Source: Paraspadella gotoi
Taxonomy: Eukaryota > Animalia > Chaetognatha
Direction of reading: 5' to 3'
Length of the DNA: 9,751 nt
NCBI GenBank assembly: GCA_051294375.1
Contig: JBJCIZ010000892.1
Coordinates: 1 to 9,751, forward strand
Part shown: positions 1-8,761 of the stretch, in pieces
How positions within the stretch are numbered: the first letter of the stretch is position 1
How the letters are laid out: every line of letters starts with the position of its first letter
Notes under the pieces: model-generated
Database searches by the model: none
Seen by the model: the letters and a program-made list of their open reading frames with translations, nothing else
Told to the model about the DNA's origin: nothing
Translations under genes and position numbers: made by a program

Positions 1-1182
1 AACCCGTGATATTCGACGACGCCGCGGCCATTTGGATTTCTTCCAGTCCAAGAAAATTAAGAGAATTAAATCATATTTAATCTAAGACTGCAACAATCCA
101 TTAAACGTAACATGATGCCTCAGAGATGCGGATCCGAAGCGCATCGGGTGCTGGTAATGCTCCGGTCCGCAGTCATTGGTTTGTTTGTTGTTGTCTCAGG
201 CTAGCAAGACGGAACAGTTGTTTTTTGGGTTGTTTTCGACGGGTCTGACGAAATTTATTAAGCGAGAGAAAGACGTGTAGTCATGGCATCCGGAAACAAA
301 GGGTAAGACGCGGATCGCGGTTTTTGAGATTTGAGGGCATGCGGATAGGCTTGAAAGAGATATCGATCGTCATTAGATGGGAGGTGATGGAAATGATGGG
401 CGGCTGGATGTAGAGGTAAGGGATGAAGTGCGAGGCTGATGGATGTGGGGTGTAAGGGAGGGTTGTGGGACGGAGTGTACATACTAAATAGCTGAATTAT
501 AAGGGAGATTAGTCCCGTGATCTGTAGCTATGGTCGGAGAAGGTGAAGAGATTTTGTGAGATAGATCATCTTAAAGGGTAGACATTAAGAAGGAAGTGTG
601 GTTGGCGAACTAGGCGACCGTGAACTTGGTAATATATCAACTCGGGTTTAACTCGGTTGGTGTATAGTCAGAAGAGTACAGGAGGTGATTGACTAATAGA
701 TTGACTTCGGGATTCTGAGGATTTTGAGCCAAAATCGGGCGAACTCAACCACGTGTGTTGCTGGTAAAGACCAAATGCCGAAAGCGAGATGGAGCGCAAT
801 ATAAGCGTTTGTCCTTCGCTCGACTGTCGCGCCGCTACAGTCGTAGCTAACTTTTGACAACATGACTAACGCATGCGGGAGGACGATGCCTGCTACACAA
901 GCCAACTCAGATGTTCTTGGGCGGACGACCGTCCGCATCAATTGCAGACGAATTACCTCTGTTGCTGCATGTATATGCTGGAGTCCTTGCCGGTGCTTGA
1001 TTCGATGCGTGCTTGTGAATTTTAAGAATGCGTGCTTGCAAGTTTGCCGGTGCTTTGCCGTGATGTTCGGGTCCGGGAAAATTTTCCCCACTTTTGATTT
1101 TGCGTTTCATTTTCGAGCGTAAGAAATATCGAAGATTTTGCTGCTGTTTTTTCAGATGCGATTGAACTGGTTCGCTTATTGG

Positions 1183-1184
<2 letters not shown>

Positions 1185-1218
<34 letters not shown>
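1185..1218. repeat. (AG)17 microsatellite, followed by a purine-rich tract to about 1283 that includes AAGGAGAGGAGA x2 (1254-1277)
   Basis: Seen directly in the sequence. Confidence 0.97.
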
Positions 1219-1226
<8 letters not shown>

Positions 1227-2627
1227 AAAGAGAAATAGAGACGGAGGAATGACAAGGAGAGGAGAAAGGAGAGGAGAGAAGGGACTGCGAACAGGTTAAC
1301 TGTGGATTAATTAAGGAAGAACCCAAGGAGTTCTAACACTTGAGAACGGATAAGATATGAGAGAGTTAATTTTTTTAATTTTAGAAAAAATAACTAATAT
1401 GAATCCAAGTTGTTATCAGAGGTGCGATGGATGTCAGGATAGGATGTGTGACGTGCAGTGACAATTTTCTTTGCTTATAGATGCGAAAAGCTTATGATGT
1501 TTTGTAATACTCTACGTTTATAGATTTTGCAATAAATGTATATTTTTTCTTACTCACAGTGTCCATCTTGACTACTTTCCCACCATTACCGCCACCCTCC
1601 GCTGACCGACGCCTCTAGGTCCGGTGTACCATCATGATATCTCGAGGGTGGGCGTCCCTTTAACTGACTTGACGCACAGACTAGACTTGACACCTTAGTC
1701 GTATGAGGCGACGCTGTAGCTGTGAACGGAGGGAGGAAGTGACCATCCATGCAGCGGACCCCTCTCATTCTCGACGCCCACGGTTAGTGTTCGATCAAGC
1801 CCATGCAGCCAAGTTGTCGACGGTGCGCGCCATTGACCTACGTCATCCCTTGTGACGCAGAAACGGTTCAGGATGAAAGACTGCAAAACGCCCTACAACG
1901 ATACGAGAAACGTCGATAATGTGAGAAGAACGAGAGGGAGTGGCTGGTTTTTGAATAATTTCAATTTGCATATTGTGTTGACTGTTATTTAGTTCGGTTA
2001 TCCAGGTGAAATTCTGGAATTCATAGGTATTTTGTCTTTTTGCCGCAGCTTTTTTTTGTTTTGTTTAATGAGAACCATATTAGAAAATCATAAATGCTGT
2101 CATTTACTGAAGGCAAATTTGAACGCTTTTGCAGGAATTTATGGACCTGTAAACTTTAAAGATGTTTTTTTGTTTTGTTTTCTGTTGTAGTTGTTTTGTC
2201 GTTTTTATTCGTAATTTTACACAAGTTTTAAAAACAAAATCTACTTCAACAAATCTGAAAAAATTTGCTCTGGAACCGAACAACAATCATTAAAAACAAC
2301 AAAAAAAGACTTTATTCTTCTCCAATTATATATAATAAACGCTCGCTAAAAATTTAATATCTTCTAACTAAATTCTAACTAAGATTTCGTAAAATCTGGT
2401 CTGTTTTGCCGTGGTCACCGCTCCGGCGGGTCGGGTCGGCAGGCCAGCTTGGTCTAGTGTTGACTGTTTGATTCACTGCTTTGTAACAGCCACGTGGGCT
2501 GAAAGATTAAAGCTTGAATAATAGAGAATTTAAAAATAAAAACGACATAAAAATTAGATAAAAGCAAATAAAAAATTAAAACCAAATAAAAATAAATATC
2601 TAAAAACTCAATAAGAACGACAAAATA

Positions 2628-2655
2628 AAAATCCTGCCCAATAAAATCCTGCCCA
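2628..2655 (+). repeat. Short direct repeat AAAATCCTGCCCA x2 in the A-rich ORF1 leader
   Basis: Copies at 2628-2640 and 2643-2655. Confidence 0.85.
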
Positions 2656-2694
2656 GTAAAAACGCATAAAAACAAAAACAAAAAAACAAAAACA

Positions 2695-4380
2695 ATGGAA
2701 AAAAACAAACATTTTGAATTTGAACTTGACTTGTCTGGGGCCTCTGGTATTCCTTCTCAATGGAAAATTGAATTGAAGGACATATCAAAATGGTTTGATC
2801 TACAGACCCGTGGACATAGAGACATTCAGTTGATGCGTGACTTCAACAGGGGAACGTTCAACGTCCTGACGGGTGATCCAAGGACGGCGGACTTCCTCAA
2901 GGGCTTCGCTCTTGAGATCACGGTACGGGGAACAACGAAGCGTGTCCCCCTTCGTCAACGTCGTTCTCGAAAGCCTGGGACATGGGTTCGATTTTTTGGG
3001 GCCTGTAAGGGAGCCATGTCTCAGGTTCCTAACTCATATTTCGACCGGATTCTCGAGGATGCAGGTTGCGAGATTATTCGCGCAACTGAGAAAGGGTTCC
3101 ACCGCGGAACTATGATATATAATGGGATGCGGTCTGCTCTTGTGGAACGTGGTCCTGTCCACATGATAAGGGAGCAGGAATGGGTTGACGGCGAAGACGT
3201 CTACAAGTTTAGGCTGGAATACGATAATCAGCCCCACAACTGCACAAGAGGGTGCAATGAGTACCACCACGATGGAAAGTGTCCCAGATGGGAGAAGAAA
3301 CGTGCAGAGAGAGAGAGGGCGGGGCAACAAAAATGCTTTGTCTTCTCATCCTCATTGATGCGACTTGCTGCTGATACGGATGATGCCCGCTTTGACGCCA
3401 TCCCTGGTGCAAGGATTGGACATGTGGCCAACCACATTAATAATGACGATCGTGTGTTACCCCAGGCAGATGTGGTGGTGGTGAATGCAGGTGCGAATAT
3501 GGATTATGGAAATATGGAGGAGTCAAAGTTGCAGGTGAAAAGTCAGTGCAGGGAGATGGTGCAGGTTTTGAAGCCATTGGTGGAGGCAGAGAAGAAGGTT
3601 TTTGTGGTGGATCCGGCGGTTGGGCCAATACCAGATGGAGTGGAGGGAGGTGATCATTGGAAGATGGTGCGAGCATCTATGAACAAGGTGGCAAAAGAGA
3701 GTGGTGGTGTGTGGGTATCATTGGAGCGGATGGTGTGGGATGTGGAGTCTGATTTTGTGGACGATGGGCTCCATTATTCTTCGTCTGGAACAAGGAAGAT
3801 TTTAGAAGAGGTGAGTCGTGTTGTGGAGGAGGAGACAGGAGTGAAGGTGTTTGTGGGTGTGGAGGTCGCCGAGGTGCCCTATTCTCGCATCTTCAACAAT
3901 CATTATAAATTTGGGTGTTACCGGTGCACCAAAATGCATGTGCGTGGAAGATGTCCGCCCTTGGAGGAGGTCTCTTTTGAAGGAGAGGTGGGAGACGACG
4001 ACGATGACAATTTTGAGGATGTGCCCGAAACGCGGGTGGTTTTGACGCGGGCGACATCTGCTCGTCTGAGCGGGGGAACGGAACGCCCGTCTCCTGCGAT
4101 TGATGCCCCTAATCCTCTACCTCAAAGGCCTCGCTCAGATACACGGCATCGTACGGCATTGGCCGACTCTCCGTCTCAAATAAGCCTCTTTCATTCCACT
4201 CAGTCACAGTCATCTTCATCTGTGATTCCGGGAACACCACAAGGACTGATTCCACCGCGACATCCTCTTGTAGTTACAGGTTTGGGTGGAAGGGAGAGGT
4301 CTCGATCTCCAGCAACACGTTCAATGTCAGGAGTGGGGAGAGGGCAGCATACTTCTCGTAGGGATAAAGAGGGAAATTGA
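2695..4380 (+). CDS. LINE ORF1 protein (561 aa): putative RRM region, CCHC knuckle, SGNH esterase, second CCHC knuckle, acidic and S/P/R-rich tail
   Basis: Uninterrupted 1686-nt ORF with ATG after an A-rich leader (aaaacaATGG). Tx1-like ORF1 motifs IYNGMRSALV and RLEYDNQPHNC, plus knuckle and SGNH motifs. It lies directly upstream of an APE-RT ORF. Confidence 0.9.
   Translation: MEKNKHFEFELDLSGASGIPSQWKIELKDISKWFDLQTRGHRDIQLMRDFNRGTFNVLTGDPRTADFLKGFALEITVRGTTKRVPLRQRRSRKPGTWVRFFGACKGAMSQVPNSYFDRILEDAGCEIIRATEKGFHRGTMIYNGMRSALVERGPVHMIREQEWVDGEDVYKFRLEYDNQPHNCTRGCNEYHHDGKCPRWEKKRAERERAGQQKCFVFSSSLMRLAADTDDARFDAIPGARIGHVANHINNDDRVLPQADVVVVNAGANMDYGNMEESKLQVKSQCREMVQVLKPLVEAEKKVFVVDPAVGPIPDGVEGGDHWKMVRASMNKVAKESGGVWVSLERMVWDVESDFVDDGLHYSSSGTRKILEEVSRVVEEETGVKVFVGVEVAEVPYSRIFNNHYKFGCYRCTKMHVRGRCPPLEEVSFEGEVGDDDDDNFEDVPETRVVLTRATSARLSGGTERPSPAIDAPNPLPQRPRSDTRHRTALADSPSQISLFHSTQSQSSSSVIPGTPQGLIPPRHPLVVTGLGGRERSRSPATRSMSGVGRGQHTSRRDKEGN
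3241..3285 (+). other. ORF1 zinc knuckle 1 (Cx3Cx3Hx4C)
   Basis: Translates CTRGCNEYHHDGKCP and is preceded by YDNQP, resembling the Y-x-G-Q-P that precedes the first knuckle of Tx1-type ORF1s. Confidence 0.75.
3331..3835 (+). other. SGNH/GDSL-like esterase domain within ORF1
   Basis: Four SGNH blocks in order: FVFSSSLMR (block I, Ser220), IPGARI (block II, Gly238), VVVVNAGAN (block III, Asn268), DGLHYSSSG (block V, Asp357/His360). Confidence 0.85.
3916..3957 (+). other. ORF1 zinc knuckle 2 (Cx2Cx3Hx4C)
   Basis: Translates CYRCTKMHVRGRCP, ending in G[K/R]CP like knuckle 1. Confidence 0.75.
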
Positions 4381-4727
4381 TTTTTGATTTATGAGGATTA
4401 ATTATTATGATTTGTATGCTATTAAAGCATTTTTAAATAATGAATACATAATAGTACTGTTAACTAATATTCTAAATATTCAAATACTATTAAATAACAT
4501 TGCAATAATAAAATGAACTTTATCTATTTTGAAATAAATTTATCTTATACTAAATCAATTTGCATATTGCAGTAAAGGGAACTAATTGGCCCAATTTTAA
4601 TGAATCTATGACATACTTTTAAGGTTTGAGAATTTGTTTATTTTGGATAATTAAATTTTTGTTTTCTAAACTTTAATTGATCAACAGGGTTTAAAATTTA
4701 TATGTTTTAAATTTAACATTTCCCATC
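4381..4727 (+). other. AT-rich inter-ORF spacer (347 nt)
   Basis: Lies between the ORF1 stop (4378-4380) and the ORF2 ATG (4728). Very AT-rich, no ORF in the supplied track, AATAAA at 4507. Confidence 0.8.
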
Positions 4728-7700
4728 ATGAAAGACAATGGCGACATCAATGAGGGCAGTTGGCTTAGGGGAAAATGCTATAGCATATTAGTGACTTGGA
4801 ATAGTGGTGGATTAAAGGGTGATACAGGTCAGAGGAAAGGTGATTGGTTACTAAATTTATTAAATACTGATAAGGGATTAGGTATTATGTTTGTACAAGA
4901 GACACATTGTAAAGATGACGCTGATTTATGTCAAGCAGTAAGAGATATAGGATTGAGATACAAGGTATTGCATAGCCCGGCTACTGTGAGTGATGTTTAT
5001 GCGGGCATATTATGTGTTGTATCTGATGATTGGCAAGTGATTGATTATGTGGTGAGTTTGACTGGCAGAGTCATGTCAGTTAAGGTAAAAAATACAGTCT
5101 TTGGTAAAGTAATAAATTTTGTTGTGGTTTATGGAGTGAGTAGTGGATTGGATGGTGGATCATGGATAAGGAAATTGGATGAAGTGATAGATGATTCGTG
5201 TTCTAATGTTGTGATAGGAGATTTTAACTTTGTGGAAGAAAGCAGAGATAGAAGGAGTGATTTACTGACAAGGTATGATCAGGTTCTTGGTCCGATTTTT
5301 GCAGATGTAAAAGGAGATGCTGGATTGCAAGATATTTTCGACTTTTGAATGGTGATGAAATGACTTTACTTTTAAATGGGCTGGTGATATTGAAAGTCGG
5401 ATTGATAGAGTTTATGCTGATATGACGATAGCAGGGGAAGTGGGTAAAATCACTTCTCAGACTTGTCCCTGGGTAAATATGGACATAAAATGTTAAAGCT
5501 CGAATTTAAAGAAAAATTAAAAAATAGGTTGTGATACTGGAAGTTTAATGTTTCTTTGTTACTTGATATTGAATATATTCAACTTGTTAGGGAAACATGG
5601 GAAGATTTTAAACAAGGTAAGGATGAGTTTGGGAATATAGGGAATGGTGGGACTGTAGCAAATCTGTTTTGCGCAGTGTTACTATAGATTATGCGAGACG
5701 AAGAGAATTAAGAGAGTAGGATTATTAAAGGTTTGGAAAAAGAGAAAGAAGGTTAGAAAATGAAGTTCGAAATGGATACGGATCTATAATTCAATGAGGA
5801 TCATTTGGCTTATGTTAAAAAGAGGTTAGCAGAGGAAGAGGAGAGAAAGGCTGAGGGGGCAAGGATAAGTCAAGAGCGCCTCATTTTGAGACAAGGGAAC
5901 CGGGCTTGGCATATTTAGTAGGGTTGAGAAAATGAGATATAATGGTAGTTTAATTTATGGATTAAAAGATAAACAAGGTCAGGTTAGGAAAGGGTCAGAG
6001 GGCGTTCTTCATGTTGCTCATGAACATTATGTAGAAATGTTTAGTAAAGGGGATATTGATGAGAATATTCAAGATGAATTTTTAAGTCGAGTGGATAGAA
6101 GATTGACGAACAGCAAAAAGATTGGTGTGATAGAGTGATTGGGAAGGATGAAGTGAACATGTTCTAAGGGGAATGGCCTCGGTAAGTCGCCTGGGGCTGA
6201 TGGTTTCCCTGCAGAATTCTGGAAATGCTTTTGGGGTTTGGTGGCAAATGATTTTTATGGAGGTGGTTGAGTGGGTTTTTCAAAGTGAAGGGTGACAAGG
6301 TCAATGTCAGAGGGAGCTGTCCGTCTTATATATAAGAAAGGTGATAGAGAGGATGTTAAAAATTATAGACCTGTTAGTTTAGTAAATGTGGATTATAAAA
6401 TGATAAGTGGTTGTATTAATGCACGACTAGTAGAGGTTTTACCTGGATTGGTGCATGAGGATCAGGGAGGATTACCAGGGAGAAAAAATATCAGATGTTT
6501 TGCATATAATACAGGATGTCATTGATTTATGTAGAATTCATGATGTTGGAGGAGCTTTGGTTTTTCTGGATCTTGAGAAATGTTTTGATAGGGTAGACCA
6601 CAGTATGTTTTAAAGGCTTTAAAGAAATATGGTTTTGGGAATAAATTAATTAGTTGGGTAGGTCATTTTATAATAAGGTAACTAGCAGAATATTAGTTAA
6701 TGGGCATTGGTCTGATGAGATAATGGTTGACAGGGGATTGAGACAGGGTGATTCTCCTTCTATGCCGCTATATATTTTAGTGGCTGAGGTTTTTGCTAAT
6801 TTTATAAGGAAGGATCGAATGATAGAGGGAATTAAGATTAAAGGGGCTGAGAGAAAGGTAGGGGTCTACGTTGATGACACCCAGGGTTCCTGGGTCAGAG
6901 GCATCGGTAGAGAGGTTTATGGATAAGGCAGTTCGTTATGAAAGGGCAGCGGGGTCAAGGGTTAACAGGGGTAAATCAGTGGGGTTGTGGTTAGGGCCTT
7001 GGAAGAATAAACCTAAGGATTTCTGTGGTCTGGCCTGGAAAGACATGGCAAAGATCTTAGGAATGTGGGTGGGTCGAGGTGATTTGATAAAAGCAAATTT
7101 TGTTGATGTTTTTTAGAGGTATTAAGACAAAGTTGACCCTTTGGAAAGCTCGACCATTGTCAACCTTAGGAAGGGCGAAGGTAGCTAATGTATTTCTGTA
7201 TTCTGCTTTATGGTATAGAACAGAATTGTTGACGCCTCCTTGGGGAGATATTGATGTTTAGAAACTGAAGTAGAAATTGGATGTTTCATGGAAGAAAAGA
7301 GATTGCTAAGGATAGGCTGAGGGATTCTTATTATAATGGTGGAGCGCAATTAATGGATATCAAAGATAAGGTTAAAGCACAGAGAATAATGTGGATTAAA
7401 AGGTTATTAAACATGCCTAAGGAATCTTTTGCTAGAGTTTTAGTGGATGAGCTTATTGGAGGACAGGCATGTGGTTTTTATGGATTGGATAGCCTTAGGG
7501 CAAAGGTAGCAGGATTACCATTGGTATTAGCCGGTATTATTCCGAGGCGGTAAGGGCTTGGTCATGCCTGCCTTTCAAATTTGAACCAGGTAATTTGGCC
7601 TATTGATAATTCCATTTATTATATAATACATGTGTGATTGATTCAGATGGAGTAGTTTTAAAGTCATTCGGTAATATAGTTGAACGAGGAATTAAGACTG

Positions 7701-8566
7701 TTGGTCAATTTTTGAACATGCCAATGAATTGAAACTCCCTCGCTCTCAGAGAAGAAGGATTTTTGATATCCAATGTAGGTGAGGGAGCAGATTGAAAATT
7801 GTTCCAACTATCATCCTCCTGACTTCACTTTAGAGGTACAGGGGGCCAATAGGAGGTTGAGTGAAATATCATTCGCGGAAATTATTATAAATTGAGAATT
7901 AATGTTAGGGTGGTAAGACATTATGAAGATAAATGGGAAAGAGTACTTGGAATTAGTTTTAATGAATGAGTGGAGGGCCATCTGGGGTGCAATTATGTAC
8001 TCTGATACCTCTTACTATGTCAGGTCTTCTATTTGGCGCCAGGTAAGTTTAAATTTTTGGACAGCATATATGGATTACGCATATGTAGGAAGAGGTGATG
8101 GTATTTGTGAGCTTTGTGGTGTGTAGCACGTGAGCGATGGCATATTTGACTCAGTGCGAAGTGGTTGTAAGACTCTGGAGAAGTTGAGTATGACACTTTT
8201 AAAATTTGATGATAAGAGAGTTGATAACCGAGAAATGAGTTTAGGTTTAACAGGACAAGGGGCTAAGGTAAGGTTAAGAAATAAATTAGGTTTTACTCTA
8301 AGATCTGTTATATTCAAGATGAGAGCAGAGAGGATTAAGGCATGTTGAGATGGCGGTTGAAAGACTTTGGAAAATATTTGTTGTTCATTGAGAAAGATAT
8401 AGAACAGGACTATTGGGTTGCCAAATTAAGTGGCAGATGGGAAGTTTTCAAAAAACGAATTTTATTGGGTAATGTACTGGGTGTATTAAATGAAGATGGG
8501 ACTATGGAGTGGGGAAACTTAATTAAACAAGTTAGAATTGGTTATTGGAACTTGTTTAATCAATGA
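4728..8566 (+). CDS. LINE ORF2 polyprotein (APE endonuclease, reverse transcriptase, C-terminal CCHC finger), roughly 1280-1300 aa when reconstructed; many frameshifts as assembled
   Basis: Collinear fragments across frames: TWN (4794), QETH (4896), GDFN (5217), SRIDRVY (5395), KSPGADG (6184), YRPVSL (6364), LDLEKCFDRVDH (6566), GLRQGD (6735), YVDD (6867), WKARPLSTLGR (7142), CELC..H..C (8106). The last fragment stops at 8564-8566. Confidence 0.9.
4788..5510 (+). other. APE-type (EEP family) endonuclease domain of ORF2
   Basis: Motifs VTWNSGGL, IMFVQETH, VVVYG, VIGDFN, SRIDRVY and a final His motif near 5484. Confidence 0.9.
6130..7075 (+). other. Non-LTR reverse transcriptase domain of ORF2
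   Basis: KSPGADGFPAEFW, NYRPVSLVNVDYK, LDLEKCFDRVDH, GLRQGD, YVDD, VNRGKS and KILG occur in canonical order. Confidence 0.93.
8106..8157 (+). other. C-terminal CCHC zinc finger of ORF2 (reconstructed Cx2Cx8Hx4C)
   Basis: Reads CELCGVVARERWHILTQC if two single-base deletions are repaired. The position matches the L1-clade C-terminal cysteine-rich motif. Confidence 0.65.
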
Positions 8567-8761
8567 GGGTATCTGGTATTGGGTATTAAGGGCCACATAT
8601 AAATAATTTTATGTAGTAGTGTCTGTTATCGGTTTATAACATGATATGAAAATTTGCAAATTACTTGTTTCACTATTTTCTATTTTTATTTTATGATTTT
8701 ATATAGTATTTCTATTTGGATGTTGATGTAGGGATTATTCTTGCTCTTGCATATTCGTGAA
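8567..8761 (+). other. Probable 3' UTR of the LINE, truncated by the gap
   Basis: AT/T-rich non-coding sequence after the last ORF2 stop. No poly(A) or tandem-repeat tail before the Ns. Confidence 0.55.

Larger units (their letters stand above)
2400..8761 (+). mobile_element. Non-LTR retrotransposon (LINE), L1/Tx1-like, two ORFs; 5' boundary approximate, 3' end runs into an assembly gap
   Basis: ORF1 with CCHC knuckles is followed by ORF2 with APE, RT and a C-terminal CCHC finger. ORF2 linker motifs typical of L1/Tx1 are present: GYWKFNVSLL, WWD, GARIRSR, YFSRVEK, KSPGADG, WKARPLSTLGR, GGAQL. No LTRs, integrase or RNase H seen. No poly(A) tail or TSD visible. Confidence 0.92.

Noticed and set aside
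1-40. Minus-strand ATG (MAAASSNITG...) or YY1-like site at the window edge
   Set aside because: Only ten codons are visible, too little to support a call.
245-285. CTGACGA...GAAA resembling a hammerhead core
   Set aside because: No stem II pairing, and the UH cleavage site does not fit after the potential stem III.
258-1326. Short ORFs on both strands (258-482, 693-1091, 862-1122, 907-1326, 1022-1255)
   Set aside because: No recognisable motifs; they overlap, several use non-ATG starts, and two simply translate the microsatellite.
2395-2510. HDV-like or hammerhead ribozyme at the LINE 5' end
   Set aside because: No convincing P1/P2 pseudoknot or catalytic C in J4/2, and no CUGANGA core.
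2454-2788. Hydrophobic minus-strand ORFs that look like membrane peptides
   Set aside because: The F/L/I richness is a by-product of the A-rich plus-strand leader, and 2454-2708 has no ATG start.
2873-4045. Alternative-frame and antisense ORFs inside ORF1
   Set aside because: Short shadow ORFs of a real coding sequence, with no motifs.
5470-5495. Apparent loss of the APE 'SDH' aspartate (reads NYGH in copy 2 near 9018-9029)
   Set aside because: The two copies disagree by an indel here, and adding one C to copy 1 gives NMDHKM. It cannot be separated from sequencing error.
6867-6878. YVDD rather than YADD; possible bacterial retron, group II intron or DGR RT
   Set aside because: YxDD variation is ordinary, and the APE-RT-CCHC layout with an upstream ORF1 identifies a eukaryotic LINE.
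5932-8566. Separate small genes suggested by the ORF track, or programmed frameshifting
   Set aside because: They are collinear pieces of one ORF2; the breaks are scattered 1-nt indels, and several are absent from the duplicate copy.
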